Origin: Diadema antillarum
Lineage: Eukaryota
Reading direction: 5' to 3'
Assembly (NCBI RefSeq): GCF_040938485.1
Contig: NW_027271225.1
Location: 124,001 to 188,000 of the forward strand
DNA length: 64,000 nucleotides
How positions within the stretch are numbered: position 1 is the stretch's first letter; the number at the start of each line of letters is the position of its first letter. Shown in pieces: positions 28,615 to 42,580 of the stretch. The position numbers and the translations under genes are program-made. Below the pieces are notes generated by a model. The model searched no databases. It saw only the letters and a list, made by a program, of their open reading frames with translations, and had not been told where the DNA came from.

Positions 28615-30022
28615 ACCATCATTGATGAAGACATCCTATATCAAGCATTATGCTGATAAAAACCTTTCACCTTTCTACCCTGTAAAGATCTGAATTAAAG
28701 TCTATAGGGCACAAGCTGGATCATCTCAATGAGACCATGGACCTACTGTAGGTCCATGGTGAGACGTAGGCCATACATGGCATCAGATGGGTGTTGTCTC
28801 TCTGATGTGAAACAGATTCTTAGCTCTGTATCATAATCTCCTACTCTTTCACTAGCTGAAAAATAGCCACGGAAACAGATCCAAACTCCACACCAGAGCA
28901 TGTTATCACAACGCCTTTCCTTACAGAGCAAACAACATCTCCCTCCTTGTTTCACGTCCCTTCTCATATTGGTAAAATATGACTGTGATTTACAAGAGGG
29001 ATGGCAAGTCTTCGCCCGCTCTCCCCAATTCTCAGGAGTTTCATCCACCCTTAGTCTAAATTCAGTTATCAATTTATCACTTACAATCGGCATGACTGCA
29101 TGTGGCAGTATCATGGTTGAAAAAAAAAAAAAACTGAATAAAAGCACTTACCCTCTCAAAGGAAGACACTGGGGAAAAAAGTCTTAAATAACAAGTATTT
29201 CTCAACCTTTAAATCATTGTCACAAAATCCATAAACTCTATACTTGTATTACACAGAGTCACAGCCATTTCATGACGAAATAAGCCTTGCATAAAGGCTA
29301 CTGGTAAGACAGGGACGCAGCTTCTTCTTTTTGCATTCTTGTTCTGTATTTTGTTTCATATTTTGGTCAGTATCAAGAGTCTGAACAAATACTTTCCTAC
29401 CAGTCTACAGATACGACAGGATTTTATAAGAATCCCTGTTCATGTTCCTACATATTATTTGACTTTTTGCACAAAGCAAGTCATTTATTCTTTGTTCAAA
29501 ATTTAAAAACTTGAACATAGATAGCATGTAGTTACTCCAGTGATCAATGGCTTTTAATTCTCTCATAGAATCAGTACCTCAGGTACATGAGAGTATGACA
29601 TCAATGATTTGTTGTTACGCTCATAAGTTAGTAAAGAAGGCAACAGTTTTGAAGAAAAATGTACTCATCCCATAACTGAAAAAAAAAAAATTCTACCTAG
29701 TGTTTTACTACATTGCGATACTGTACTTGAGTGTATGACTCACACATCTGAGTGATTCTAAAATCTTTCACGCTAACCTATCATTTGGCTTGCTGAGGAA
29801 GAAATGAAAGCATGTATACGGATCTGAAATTCCTTCATGACTAGATAGAGTTTTATTTTGATTAGGCACAAACTGCAACCAAAACAAGCAGTGTTGCCAT
29901 CCATAAGATTATATTGCTTGGCGTAGGTATCCACTTTCCTACTCAAAGATTTTTTCAAAAAAGAGCACTTGCCAGGCAGACAATCTGTATGTTTGGACTT
30001 ATTACGAACAAACAATGGTGCA

Positions 30023-30059
30023 CAGTGGCGGATCCATGCGGGGGCACACCGGGCACCCC

Positions 30060-30095
<36 letters not shown>

Positions 30096-30210
30096 GGGGG
30101 GGGGGGGTTAAAACAAAAGAAATAAAAAGAGAAAATGGGGGAGCATGCACCCCCCCCCCCCCCTTTAATTTTGTAAAGCCCCCTTTACAGAATTCCTGGA
30201 TCCACCCCTG
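30023..30210. mobile_element. GCGGATCC short MITE (hAT-like CAG ends, 5-bp TSD gtgca/gtaca)
   Basis: CAGTGGCGGATCC...GGATCCACCCCTG with poly-C/T/G core. Confidence 0.7.
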
Positions 30211-31377
30211 GTACATACATGGAGAATACAGAGTAGTGCCATCACGTATGGCATGAATGATCTGAAGCTAAATGTACATACAGTCAAACTCGGATACCTC
30301 GACGTCGGATAAGCCGAATATCACTTACCTCGGGGGCAAAATGAAAGTCCCGATTGTTCCTATGGAGCTTCCGTGTATTAAAAGTCGCGTAGCTCAAAAA
30401 AGATAACTCGAAGTTCGGTTACCTCGAAGGGAAATCTACTGTCCCGATCTTAATTAACTTATTGTTTTTCCCCAGCATGTTGCTCGAATCGAAATTGCAA
30501 ACATCACTCAGCATCTCCGATTAAGCGCGCGTGGACAGCGAAGACATGTCACAAATGTTTTTACCCTCGATTGTAAATATTCTGAGACCAGAACAATCGC
30601 GCGACCAATTAAGAAATACCCGATACACAGCTGACAAGAAAAATCCCCAACACCTACCAACACACGTACATGGTATGCACATAGCACCCGTGCCAATGGA
30701 GTGCTTACGATAGCACTACGCGCTGCCCCATCATCTGCTTTTCTCTAACCACTGTGTTCTGATTTTTGATCGAGATATACCCATACCGTGCGCGTAGATT
30801 TCTCAACCGTCGTGGCGCACCTGCTTACGTTGACAGTTATATCTTTGCCATTAATCACGCTCCACTGTCAAAACATCAATCTCCGGCATAGTGCCTTTTT
30901 TTAAAACTTGTTTTTTTTTGCCTTTCACGAAGTTTGTTTCATTTATTCTTCCCCGAGAACGCAAGCGCTGAAACTTTTTTTTTTCAGCAATGCGATTATC
31001 AAAATCTGGAAGTATACGCCGATCACAATGAAGAATAGAATACACAGGGCTCCGCACTAACTTTTATCGGGCCACCAATATCATTGATTTTTATTTTCTG
31101 GTGGTCGAAAGTAAAATCTGGTGACACAAAAAAAAAAAAAATCAGGAAAAACATTAGAAAAACTAAATCGGTCCTACTAAACATAGAAAAATCATTGAAG
31201 TGATACAGATGCCCATGTCTAAAACAAATGAATAGAAAATTCAATCATCTCACTCTGTGTTTTAAGATTTGACAAATAGGCGTAGAGATTATTATAAAAG
31301 TTGATGCCTATATATTTAGGAGGTCAAAACATACGTTTGAAATGAGAAAATGGGAGCATTTGCTGACATTTGTTAGC

Positions 31378-32805
31378 ATCCGACATTTGTTTTAGCATTG
31401 TAAAAAGCCGAAAGTTACCGTTATTCATTTTTAAATGTAAAAGCAAACAACCGACATTCATTTTAGAGTCTTACGGAGCTGAATGCTGTCCTAATCCATT
31501 TCCAAACGTGAAAGCAAATATCCGCTATTTGTTTTAGCATCTAACTGAGCGGATTAATACCATTAATCATTTCCAAATGCTAAAGCAACAATCTGTTATT
31601 TATTTTTGCATCGTACGGAGCAGAATATTACCGTTATTCATTTCAAACATCCGACATTTATTTCATTATCGAACGGAGCCGAATGTTACTACTGTCCACT
31701 TCCGAAAGTGAAATGAATCATCTGACAATTATTTTATCATCGCACGGCGCCGAATGTTACTGTTTTTCATTTTTGAACGTCAAGGCAGACATCAGACATT
31801 TTGGACCATCAAACGTATAGCTGAATGTTACTGATATTTATTTCGAAATGTACCATAGCAAATATCCAATATTTATATCATCGTATGGGGCAGAATGTTA
31901 CTGCTATTCACTTCCAAACATGCCAAACGTAAAAGCGATCATTCGACATGTATTTTAGCGTCTTCCGGAGCTGAATTTTATTGACATTTACTTTCGAAAG
32001 TAAAAGCACACATCCGGCATTTATTTTATCAGCGTACGGAGTTGAATATTATTGTTATTCATTTCAGAACATCAAAGCAAACATTCAACATTTATTTTAG
32101 CATCTTCCGGAGCTAAATGTTATTGCAATTTACTTTCGAACGTAAAAGCAAACATCCAGCATTTATTTTATCATCGTAAGGAGTTGAATATTATTGTTAC
32201 TCTTTTCCGAACGTCAGAGCAAACATCAAACATTAATTTTACCATTAAACGCAGCTGAATGTTACTGTTATTCATTTCGAAATTTAAAAGCAAACATCAG
32301 ACAGTTATTTTAGCATCGCCGTATGGACACGATGGAGCAGAATATTACTGCTATTCACTTCCGAACATAAAAACGATCGTCTGACATCTATTTTAGCATC
32401 TTCCGGAGCCGAATGCTATTGCTATTTCCTTTCAAAAGTATAAGGAAACATCCGACATCTATTTAACCATCGTACGGAGTTTAATGTTACTGTTTTTCAT
32501 TTCCGAACGTCATAGCAAAAATTCGACATTTACTTCAGCGTCTTCCGGAGCCGAATGTTAGCCTTATTCATTTCGCAAAATCAAATATATGACATTAGTT
32601 TTAGCACCATACGGAGCTGAGTCTTATCGTTATTTATTTCCAAAAGTATGAGCAAACATCTGACATTTATTTTAGTATCATACCGAGTCGAATATTACCG
32701 TAATTCATTTCCACAATTAAACGCAAACCTCTGACATTTATTTTAGCATCTTACGGAGCCGATTGTTACCGCTGTTCATTTTCAAAAGTAAAGGCAAACA
32801 TCGAA
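31378..32805. repeat. Degenerate tandem array, ~71-bp unit, about 20 copies
   Basis: Consensus approx. TCCGACATTTATTTTAGCATCGTACGGAGCCGAATGTTACTGTTATTCATTTCCGAACGTAAAAGCAAACA; starts recur at 31451, 31522 and 31593. Confidence 0.85.
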
Positions 32806-32807
32806 CT

Positions 32808-32830
32808 TTGTGTGTGTGTGTGTGTGTGTG
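32808..32830. repeat. (GT)n microsatellite directly after the 71-bp array
   Basis: Direct reading. Confidence 0.9.
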
Positions 32831-34550
32831 GCGCGATCGGGCCACCAAAATCTTTATTTCTGAAATTTTGATTTCATTTCCGATTTTCACTCAATTCATT
32901 GATATAAAAGTTGATTCAATTCCAATTGACAAGCATGCAAACAATCAGTAGGCACTATAACAGACACCATGTTGAACATCGATAAACGTCGAACATCGAT
33001 AAACATCGGATAAGTCGAAGAAAATTCGACGTACGCGTACCTCGAAATTCGCGTACGTCGAACCATTTTCTTCAGTCCCGACGAATTCGAGGTATCCGAG
33101 GTTGACTGTACTGTTAACTCAGACTAGGATAAGGCAGGCATCTGTAGGCCGAGGCTGAGCCCATGAATGAATTGTCATGAAGTGTTTGGACAAAACAATA
33201 TTTCATGTTTGCATTCCCTTTTATCGAGTTAAATCTCAGGAACAGAACACATTACAAACATCACATTTAAACAGAAACAAGAAAGAGCCCTAAGAAGTAT
33301 TATTGTTTCAGAATATGTTTTCACAAAATGGTACATGTGATATCATTAACAATCAAATTAATATATGCACTTTAAAGTGTTGATGATATCAGCTCTTTCC
33401 CATCAGAACTGAAAAAAAAAAGATATTTAACTTCAAAAGATTTTTTGGTTGTAATTTACAGCAACTGGCATAGTACACATCATCACAGCTAAATCATTAC
33501 TATTCCATAAAATCTCAAGGTAAAGGATTTTCTCAGGGAATATGTAGAAGCTTATTTGCACATGTAAATTCTTAACACTTGTGAAATTAATTTCTACAGA
33601 GCTTCTGTGCATGGACTTGGCCCACAATGATCTACTTCACATTGTTGTAAACATGCACTAATACACTGTCTGCAGTTCAGAAAGATATCAAACAGCCTGC
33701 TTTGCATGGAATAAAGCATATATAGCCAGGGAATTGCAATCAATAGAACAAGTTTGTGCAGACAGCTCTATCAAATATTGACATTTAATTATGGGTTCCA
33801 AAGTGCTTGTACATACCACTCAGACAAATTACAACTTACAAATAGTATGAAAGGTTGCATTAGTAATATCAAGTCCTGCTTGTGGCACCATCAGTTTAAA
33901 ATCCGCCTTTATAATTGATCTCTTTCTTTTATAGTTCTCTCTCAACCCACAGATGTTAGACAAAGCATGTTACTATGCACTATCCCATACACATGACACA
34001 TGAATTGCACTTTCCAAGTTCTATGTGCACATCACACACTAACAAACATCTATTTCCTTCATAGCCACCATCTCTGTCTCTATTACATAGAAATATTTTT
34101 TAAAGTTCCATAATCATGGTGTTTTTTTTATTCAGATTTGATTTTTATTTTCTGTCGGCAATCTGCAATGTAGTTTTGTTCATTCAGTAATTGGTTACTG
34201 TTTTATGAGGAGACTGCAATTGCAAGCCCTTGCTTTTCAGCAGCCCCCTCCATTTCTAACAATAAAATTTCAATTTCTGTTCACACATTTTCCTCTATTA
34301 CAATGTTGTATTGAACTTGTGCATAAATGTAAATGTCTTACTGTATTTGCGTACTGTCAGTGAAAATGAATGTCACGAAATGGGCAAATGTCTTACCTTA
34401 CAGAGATATCTGCGAGGGGAATGACATATTCATAATACAGGTGATGTATTTATCACCCTCTTTATACAGACATAGGAAATGGCAGTAGGTAAAGAAAGTA
34501 CTACTACTACTTAAAGTAAATGAAAAGCATTACCATGGACAAAGACCAAA

Positions 34551-34665
34551 TCAATTTTCAACAATGAAGATCCATTTTTAAATCTTAAATGACGGTGGTT
34601 TAAAGATCAAATCAATTTTGAACAATGAAGATCCATTTTTAAATCTTAATGACAGCAGTTTAAAC
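34551..34665. repeat. Tandem duplication, ~62-bp period
   Basis: AAGA(C/T)CAAATCAATTTT(C/G)AACAATGAAGATCCATTTTTAAATCTTAA occurs twice. Confidence 0.85.
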
Positions 34666-36427
34666 CACAGAATAATAACAAAAAGATACTGGCAATAACA
34701 TAATTCAGAAAAATTCTTGAATTGCAAAATAATGCAATATTTTTCCCTTCTTTGTGTTTTTAAGATATAGTGCCAATGATGATGATGATGATGATCCACA
34801 GCATTTGTATAGCATCATAATCTGTTATAGAAACATTCAAAGGTGCAGACTCCTCGAAGAGAGTTAGCAATTGAATGCCTGGTGAAAAATGTGTCTTGAG
34901 TGAGCCCCTGAAGTGATTCAATTTGTCAATTTCACATTTCAAATGCTTGTAGATAAGTATTCAACACTCATTCAAAAGCCTGGTTTGCCAGACTAGCAGA
35001 CTGCTATCCTACTTATGCAGCCACAATGTGCTAATGTGCTCAAAACTAGGCCAATGGATTAACAACTAGGTCAAGACAGGCTTGGGGAGGGTTTCCGGTC
35101 CCTTAGCATTGAATGTGAGTCCCTAAACAGGCCCAGAGAGCACACATTGGTGTTTGGCTTAAAAGGGCTAGCAGTCATGCCTCCCCTGGCTCTATGGTAT
35201 TGGCAAGTCTGCAGATGATGAAGTCAATCCATACATCTCTGTCTGATGCTAAATATAAGGACTGTAACAAATAAGGAGGGTCATTCACACTATCAGTGAG
35301 AAATCACGGCCTAAGAAACAATGCACCATTTTGGTGTCAGTTGCTAGGCAACTGGGATAAAAGCTACCAGAAACAACACCACAAAAATTGCAGATCAGAG
35401 TGTAATTTTTCTGACTAAATGTGAAGTTTGCTGTGACATTATGCAATGAGAAAGCCCTCAACAGAGAAACTGCAATATATCTATCTATCAAGTGATTTCT
35501 CCTTCGTGTATAGCTAACTCCCCCACTCCTCACAAAATGTATAGCTATGAACGTTTGCTGCACTGACATTGCTGTATGTAGCAAAATGCCAAGTGTTTCA
35601 AGTTCCCTAAAACTGACAATGTTCCAAACTTTATCTTCTTCTTTTCTTGCAGTATGAACAGGACACTCATATATTTTAGATATACATGTATATTGCAGTA
35701 TTTCCTTTTGAGAATGGGAATGTAACTGATATTATTCATATGATATTCCAACATCTGAATCTGAACTGTGTAGGAGATTAAACAACACTTTATTGCCATG
35801 CAAGCCCCCTATCAGACTAGATAGGATATAAGACATATGGATATATGTTTTTATGTATCTGAAAGAGGATATATGAAATATGGATATATATACATCTGTA
35901 GGCTGTTTTTATGCAACTGAATACTCATATATTGATACATCTTACAGATTATGTCTATAAAATGATGGTTTGAGCATGGTTGCAATATACAACATTTATT
36001 CGTAAGTACCCATCCATAAGACATTTGATCCTGACAATATGGTCTAATATCCGCATGTCGTATGAGTATATGGCTGGGGCTAGTGGGGCTTATTCACAGC
36101 ACTCGCTAGGATTAGCGCAAACTACCAGATGAATGCACTGCCAAGTATGAACATAATTCGCAAAGCCCACTCAGTGCACTTACAGTGCAAGGGATAGACT
36201 CATACGATTAATGTATACTGGGACTTTACAACTGAATGGTCTCATACCAATGCGTTGTATATCCATGTCATATGAAATATAATAATTTGGAGTGAATAAC
36301 CTCATATCAATAATATTGAATAGCCACGATACAATATTATGGATATAATACGATAACTTGGCACGTCTTAAAGCTGACACAAGATGAATATCATGCTCAA
36401 ATAGCTGGTGCAGCTCCATGTTTTAGG

Positions 36428-36592
36428 CAGGGCTCCACACTAACTTTTATTTTTGGTGGCCAAAAGGCAAACATCCGACCTTTTTTGGTGGCCCTATCAG
36501 GCTACCAACTTCTTAATTCCTGAAATTTTGGTGGCCCTACGTGCGTTTTTGGTGGCCCCAGGCCACCGGGCCACCGTTAGTGTCGAGCCATG
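36428..36592. mobile_element. hAT-like MITE (TIR CAGGGCTCCACACTAAC) with GGTGGCC/GGCCACC subterminal motifs
   Basis: CAGGGCTCCACACTAAC...GTTAGTGTCGAGCCATG with ttttagg duplicated on both sides; a left end also occurs at 31045. Confidence 0.6.
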
Positions 36593-37890
36593 TTTTAGGG
36601 CAGCTCTGCCAATTCCTCTTGCACATGAACTGAAACAGGGGCAGCAGAACATTTTTGTAAGATGAGGGCTGCAGGTCAATGGCATCAAACGGTAAAGTTT
36701 GACTGTAGGTTTGCTCGGAAAGGGTGATTTGCAGAAAAATTTTCTACACAGGCCTGTCAAGGTTGGTGAGCTTCACAAAAAGTGCCCTGTAAATCATTAC
36801 ATTTACAGGGCAACATAGAAGTGAGATCAATTCTCTAGCAAGGATTTTGTATTTCTCAAGCCATGCTATTTCACAGGATACCACTATATGCCTATATCCA
36901 CCTGCATATCAGTGTTGCATAATGATGTTCAAAAGCTGCAAGATCTTTACAACACAGTTTTATTCACTTTAACCTGGAGAAAGCCTTGATATCATGTACA
37001 AAATTTCCTATAACAGCTTCCATATGACAGCTATTATACCCTCAAGGGTTTAGGGACAACACGCCCTCACTTTAGTAGCAAAGTGCACTTACCTGAAGAT
37101 CAGACAAAGGGTTACACATCAGCACAGACGGCAGAGATTGAAAGGAAAAATAGATTTGACAGTGTACAGGGAAAAGAGTAGAGCAAGGAGTGGATCAGGA
37201 TAATTCTGATGTAATGGGCAACAAATACCAACTGGCAACAGAAAAATCGCCCTCCCTGCTCCACAATTCGATAGCATGGTTGCTATTTACTCAACTTAAT
37301 TTGTCATTTCAGACTTGGAAGAGACACAGGTGGGGAGGAAAAAATATGAAACAAGGAAAAGAATAGAATAGATACATGTACAAATACAGAGGGCACTGTC
37401 CATCAGCATAAGGAATTATTTCTTTGTGCTTTCAGAAACAGAACTGATGTCAATCGAGGTGGTTCTATTCACTTGAGAGTAAACTAGAATCACATTTACT
37501 GTAATAATGTTTTTCATGGCTTGCACGGGTTAAAGCCTATCATTGACCAGAGGTGTTTCCCAATCAAAGATTTGTTCACTCCTGTGGCCTTTCTCATCTC
37601 AGCAGTTTGATGTCTACAACGTATTTAGTGAGGTGGAGCATGATTTGGCCTTCACTCATTTCTTCCAACAGGCCCTGTCTTCTTTGGATATATTGTGTGT
37701 GACGTGTGCATGTACATGTAAATGATAAACTCTAAAACCAGAAACTTTCGTGGCATGAAACTTTTGCAAATAATCACTGGCATTCAATTCATTGTGTTGA
37801 CAAAACCTTTCGCATGCATTCTACTTTTGCGAACCTTGGTTCCTTGCGAAATTTATGAAAGTTTCATGCTGACAAAAATTTCTGGTTCTA

Positions 37891-38180
37891 CTCTCTAAAA
37901 AAAATCGAGTGAAAATTTTCACTCTAAAAGGAGTGAATACAAAAAAGAGTGAATTTCGAGCGAAAATAGAGTGAATTTTGAGTGAAAATGCTCATTTTCA
38001 CTCATTTTGGAGTGACGTCAGGGATCACTCGAAGATTTTGGAGTGATCCCTGACGTCACTCCAAAATGAGTGAAAATGGACATTTTCACTCAAAATTCAC
38101 TCCAATTTCACTCGAAATTCACTCTTTTTTGTATTCACTCTTTTAAGAGTGAATATTTTCACTCGATTTTTTTTAGAGAG
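37891..38180. mobile_element. Foldback element: near-perfect 290-bp palindrome flanked by TA
   Basis: ta|CTCTCTAAAAAAAATCGAGTG...GGGATCACTC-gaagatttt(g)-GAGTGATCCC...CACTCGATTTTTTTTAGAGAG|ta; built of GAGTGA motifs. Confidence 0.85.
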
Positions 38181-41100
38181 TATAGTACTCTTGCATGAAT
38201 ATGTACTATAAAGAGCTAGGTGTTTGATTGATAGTTTGCAACCCAGTCTATGCTATATGGTCTATTGATTGAAGTTTGCACTTTGTTTTGGGATTGTAAC
38301 AACCTTGATACCTTCAAATCTTAAATAAAGACCTATTTTTTCCAGCAACTGTGCCAATTATAATTTTGTGACAAATTGTGGGAGCAAGGCACCTTTGAAT
38401 GTTCCACAGAGAAATGGTGCTATAAATGTTGTTTATCATCATCAACTTCACCATCATCATCTAAGTTTGTAATTGACAAAGAGTTACTTTAGCATCTGGC
38501 TTGCCCAGCATTCTAAACATGGCTAGAAACACAACTATATGACTACAAACCAGATAGCAATTTTGAAAACAAAAACAAATGAATAAGACATGTATAAAAG
38601 AAGAACAAAGAGAGAGACAAAGAAAAATGAAGCAAGAATGAGATAGGAAAATAAAAAGAAGACATGATGGACCAGGGGCTGACAGAGATAAAGAGAAAAA
38701 GAATAGAAAATTGAAAGAAAGAGAGAGACAGATTCTAAAAGAACATGATGCCCTATAAACCAAGAGAGAGAGAGAGAGAGAGGAAAAACTCCAGGGCAGT
38801 ATGACATGATTGAAGAGTGGATCAAAACAATTGAATTTGATATGAGCGGCTGACTCATGGAGTATAGAGCAATACGAAGAAGTATTAGGAACTCACTTTT
38901 ACATAAGACACAACAAAAAGCTGACAAGCCTTAGGATTGTGTTTGTCACTAAAAAGTAACTTGGTGTGAAGGTTCAATGTAAATCTTTTTACTGAGAGAA
39001 AAGAATGGAATGTGCTTCATTTCATGAATGAACTTTGTCTCACATACCAAGAGGTCTGTCAAGTTTATGGTGATGATGTTTGGCTCCAGACCTGCCCCAA
39101 TCTCAGTAGCATGCTAAAGCGCCATGAATCATCCGTGAGTCATGGACTGCCGTCCACCAGGCACTCATCTGGCTGAATTAATTGGCCAGCCCTTCCCTCC
39201 AGCGCCCACGCATCTATTGAGAGCCTCCCAAGAAAGGTGTGGCATACGATTAATATGCTTACAATGCACTTCTACAGCAGGCGTTCTTTTAAGCCGTATT
39301 TTGGTTTGGTCTTCACTTATTTATTCTCAGAAGACTGAGGAGTCAAGAGGTGCATACTTCTGAATTTCAATGACATAATTTCTTTATTTCCCTCATCCTG
39401 TGATTTATGACACACATACTGTCAAAATGGTTCTTAATCTTCCCTTTTGTTATTTCTAAGCTCTATGGTACTTAAGCTTGGGCTTCAGATTTCAATTCAA
39501 AATTCAACAAAATAGTCCTGCAGGGCTAAAATACATAATGTTGTTGTAATGTGAATCATGATTGCATAAATGTGTTAAAGGCAAAATAAAATCATGACAT
39601 GTAAAGTGGTTGGTTGTGGTAGAATGGCAATAAATCAATATGCAGAACACAATTTGTGCTTTTGAGGAAAGTACACTCACACATGTATACAACCTTGTGA
39701 GGTTCATGCCATGTAAAGAATTGATACAAAAGGTAAACGTAAATATATGCCCAATTAAAATGTCCCCTTCTTGGGCATCACATTACATTGGACAGATCAT
39801 CAATTTCTTTACTTCTGGTTTGGGCTTTCAGAGCGGCAGCCATCTTTTTTTCGTTTGAATTAAACAAAGAAAATAACAAAGATCGGCATAGATGCCACAA
39901 TCCTGGTGATATATATTGTCTCTAATGAATGAAGAGTTGAATACCACATGAAACAGACAATTTGACTTTTTAAAGATTAAGCAACAAATAAGGTGGCAAA
40001 ATGGACATACTGATTATTTCAAGCCAAACAAAGTGCATGACATTTGTTTTGATTGACTGAGGCATACACTGGATCAGTACAAACAGAAAAAAAAAACCTT
40101 GTGTACAGTGAGTGAGCAGCAATTTGCAACTGCATTGCTTGAAAGGTCAAAACCTCAAACACTCTTGTATTATAAACAGCTTATATTATCTTAAAAATGG
40201 AAAGTTGCTTTACCACAGAAGGGAAATTCAGTCTTTTAAAGTGCTGCATCTGCAGTTCACCATAAAAACTGTCCAAATAAAAAATAAAATTTGTCAACAA
40301 CCTTTTTATTTGAAACAGACGAAGTGATGATTTAAATTTTAAGAAAGAAATGAATTGTGGGAAAGCATAAAGCTGACAGAATATGATCTGTTCAGAAAAG
40401 AACAGTATTGTGGCATATCACTTCTTTCTTTCTTTTTTTCCAGGCACCCTTTTTCGATGAAAGTACATTTAGTCTTGAGTTATTAGATGACCACAACATT
40501 TTTCTGTACAAAATCCAAGTCACAATTGACATGAGATGTGGTAGTTTTCCTCAGTTGAACACAAATTATCAATTAATAGCCATTGTATTTATAATTCTAT
40601 GTTAATTGCATATAATTCAAAGGTTGATAGTGCCTTTCAAAATTCATATTTACACAAGCATATCTTCAAAAAACTTTTAGTTTTGCAATTTGTTACAATA
40701 TGATTTTCTCATGTCAAGTTGCTACATCAGATTTGGTTAAACCATGGCTGGAAGGAAAATAGGGCAGAGTATTACTGCATTGTGTATAAGGTGGTGAAGG
40801 ATGAATACAAATGAAAACAGGCTTAGCAACCATCTTCAATTGTTCAATATGTCTATATTCATGCAAATCATTGATGCGGCTTAGCAAATTGTTGGAACAG
40901 TCTAGTCATGTATAGGGCACATTATTATGATATTGATAATGACTTTTTCAACTTTTACTTCAATTACAAGATTGCATAAGTCTGTTTGATTGCTCAAGTG
41001 AATGAATATGAATACATGTGTACAAAGTATACCTTGGAAACTGTTAAGATATCTAGTGATAGAGATTCAGATAGGCCTATAAGATAAGGCAGTCTTGTGG

Positions 41101-42395
41101 GGAAAATGTCTGATATCATATGAGAAAGATAGACCCTATACATGTAGCATATGGTTATATTGTTCTACATCCAATTATACAAAAATGTCCCCTCCCCCCA
41201 AAGAAAAAAAAAATGAATGTAATATCATCAATGTTTAAAATGATTCCTAAAGCTACATACATGTACATCTAGACACATAAGTATTACAATCTGCTGAATG
41301 TCTGACAAATACAACTATACTGTTCATCAGTAGACCACAAGTCTGTGCTCAATATCGTAAATGATATACAGTTTGCAATACTAGTGTGCTATGCCAGGCA
41401 TTTAAATCCACTGTAGATGGGAAGCCCTGATGTAATTGAACATACATATATTGCATCAACCACAAATGTAATGTACTTTTCTGCGCTCCACACCCCATGA
41501 GCTGCACATGTACTGTGCAGTCTGAGGCTGCTTCCATGTGTCACAGGAATACAAGTGATATTCAACACACACATTCCACAGCAAATGAAAGCTCCACATA
41601 TTGAGGAGAGCTGTGGTGTGTGTGTCGCATTCATCCACCAGTCTGTGGAGGAGATGACAGCATACACAACTCATAACATACATCATGAAGGCCTTAGCGG
41701 TGGCAGAACGAACTTTTCATCCTGAACACGGGGTCATATGGATGAGGATCATCACTTGCTACCATGGGGTTAGTGCATCAAGGAGATGGTATGGCAACTA
41801 GAGTATGCTTGGAGGATGAAAGTATCGCTATGGAACTAGGATGAAGAGAAGTGAGGAGATTGAAATGGACAGATGGTTTACAAAGACAGCAATGGATAAT
41901 ACTGACAAAAATGAAGCAAGGAGGACATTTATCAAAAGCATAGGTTATGCATTTATATAGGAAAGGTGAAAACATGATATACAAAAGAAATAAGAAATGC
42001 ACGAAAGTAACAACCTAATTTGCATGTCAATAGAAAATATGAAGAAAAATAGGAGATGCAATTATGTAGAGCTTGCAAAATGAATTAAATTTATCTGCAG
42101 ACTGAGAAAAGATCATTCCAGCTAAAGATTTTATGAGCTTGGATTGCAGCTCATTCATATGATTTGCCCTAATTCATCACAAGGAATAAAAAGAATTAAG
42201 AGTATATCAATTTGAAGCTCAGAATCTAACAAATTCATATCTGAAAAAAAAAAATGTATATATATACAAAGGCCTATTTCTTTGACATTATAAGGCTTTC
42301 TTGATGACGCATCACACACACACACATATTTGGAGAACATCTTCACGAAGTATATAATTTTAATTATTTCTTCACTTTGCTCCATTTGAATATTA

Positions 42396-42580
42396 CTGTA
42401 AAACATGATATTTTCGTGGCATGAAATTTTCACGAATTGGAGCTGACGACCTGTTTTGCAGCATGAAATTGTCACGAGTGCCTCAAACAATAAATGCATA
42501 TAGTGCATACAGGAACTTTAATTTCACGATTTTTGGCTCTCGCGAAATGAAAATGCATGTGAACATTCCTCGTTTTACAG
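42396..42580. mobile_element. Tc1/mariner-type MITE (CTGTAAAAC family)
   Basis: ta|CTGTAAAACATG...CGTTTTACAG|ta; homologous to 14965-15171. Confidence 0.7.

Larger units (their letters stand above)
30281..33108. mobile_element. Non-autonomous Tc1/pogo-type composite element (~2.8 kb) carrying a tandem array
   Basis: ta|CAGTCAAACTCGGATACCTCGA...TCGAGGTATCCGAGGTTGACTG|ta: 22-bp TIR with 1 mismatch and TA TSD; no transposase ORF. Confidence 0.75.

Noticed and set aside
28743-29187. 134-aa and 95-aa ORFs
   Set aside because: No recognisable motif or convincing splice framework; start lies in a poly-T tract.
29773-30256. 147-aa and 95-aa ORFs with poly-K/F/G
   Set aside because: Translation of the homopolymer core of a MITE.
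31378-32805. CRISPR array or repeat-protein CDS
   Set aside because: Units are contiguous and degenerate along their whole length with no repeat/unique-spacer alternation; there are no cas genes; the 71-bp period is not a multiple of 3 and stops are frequent.
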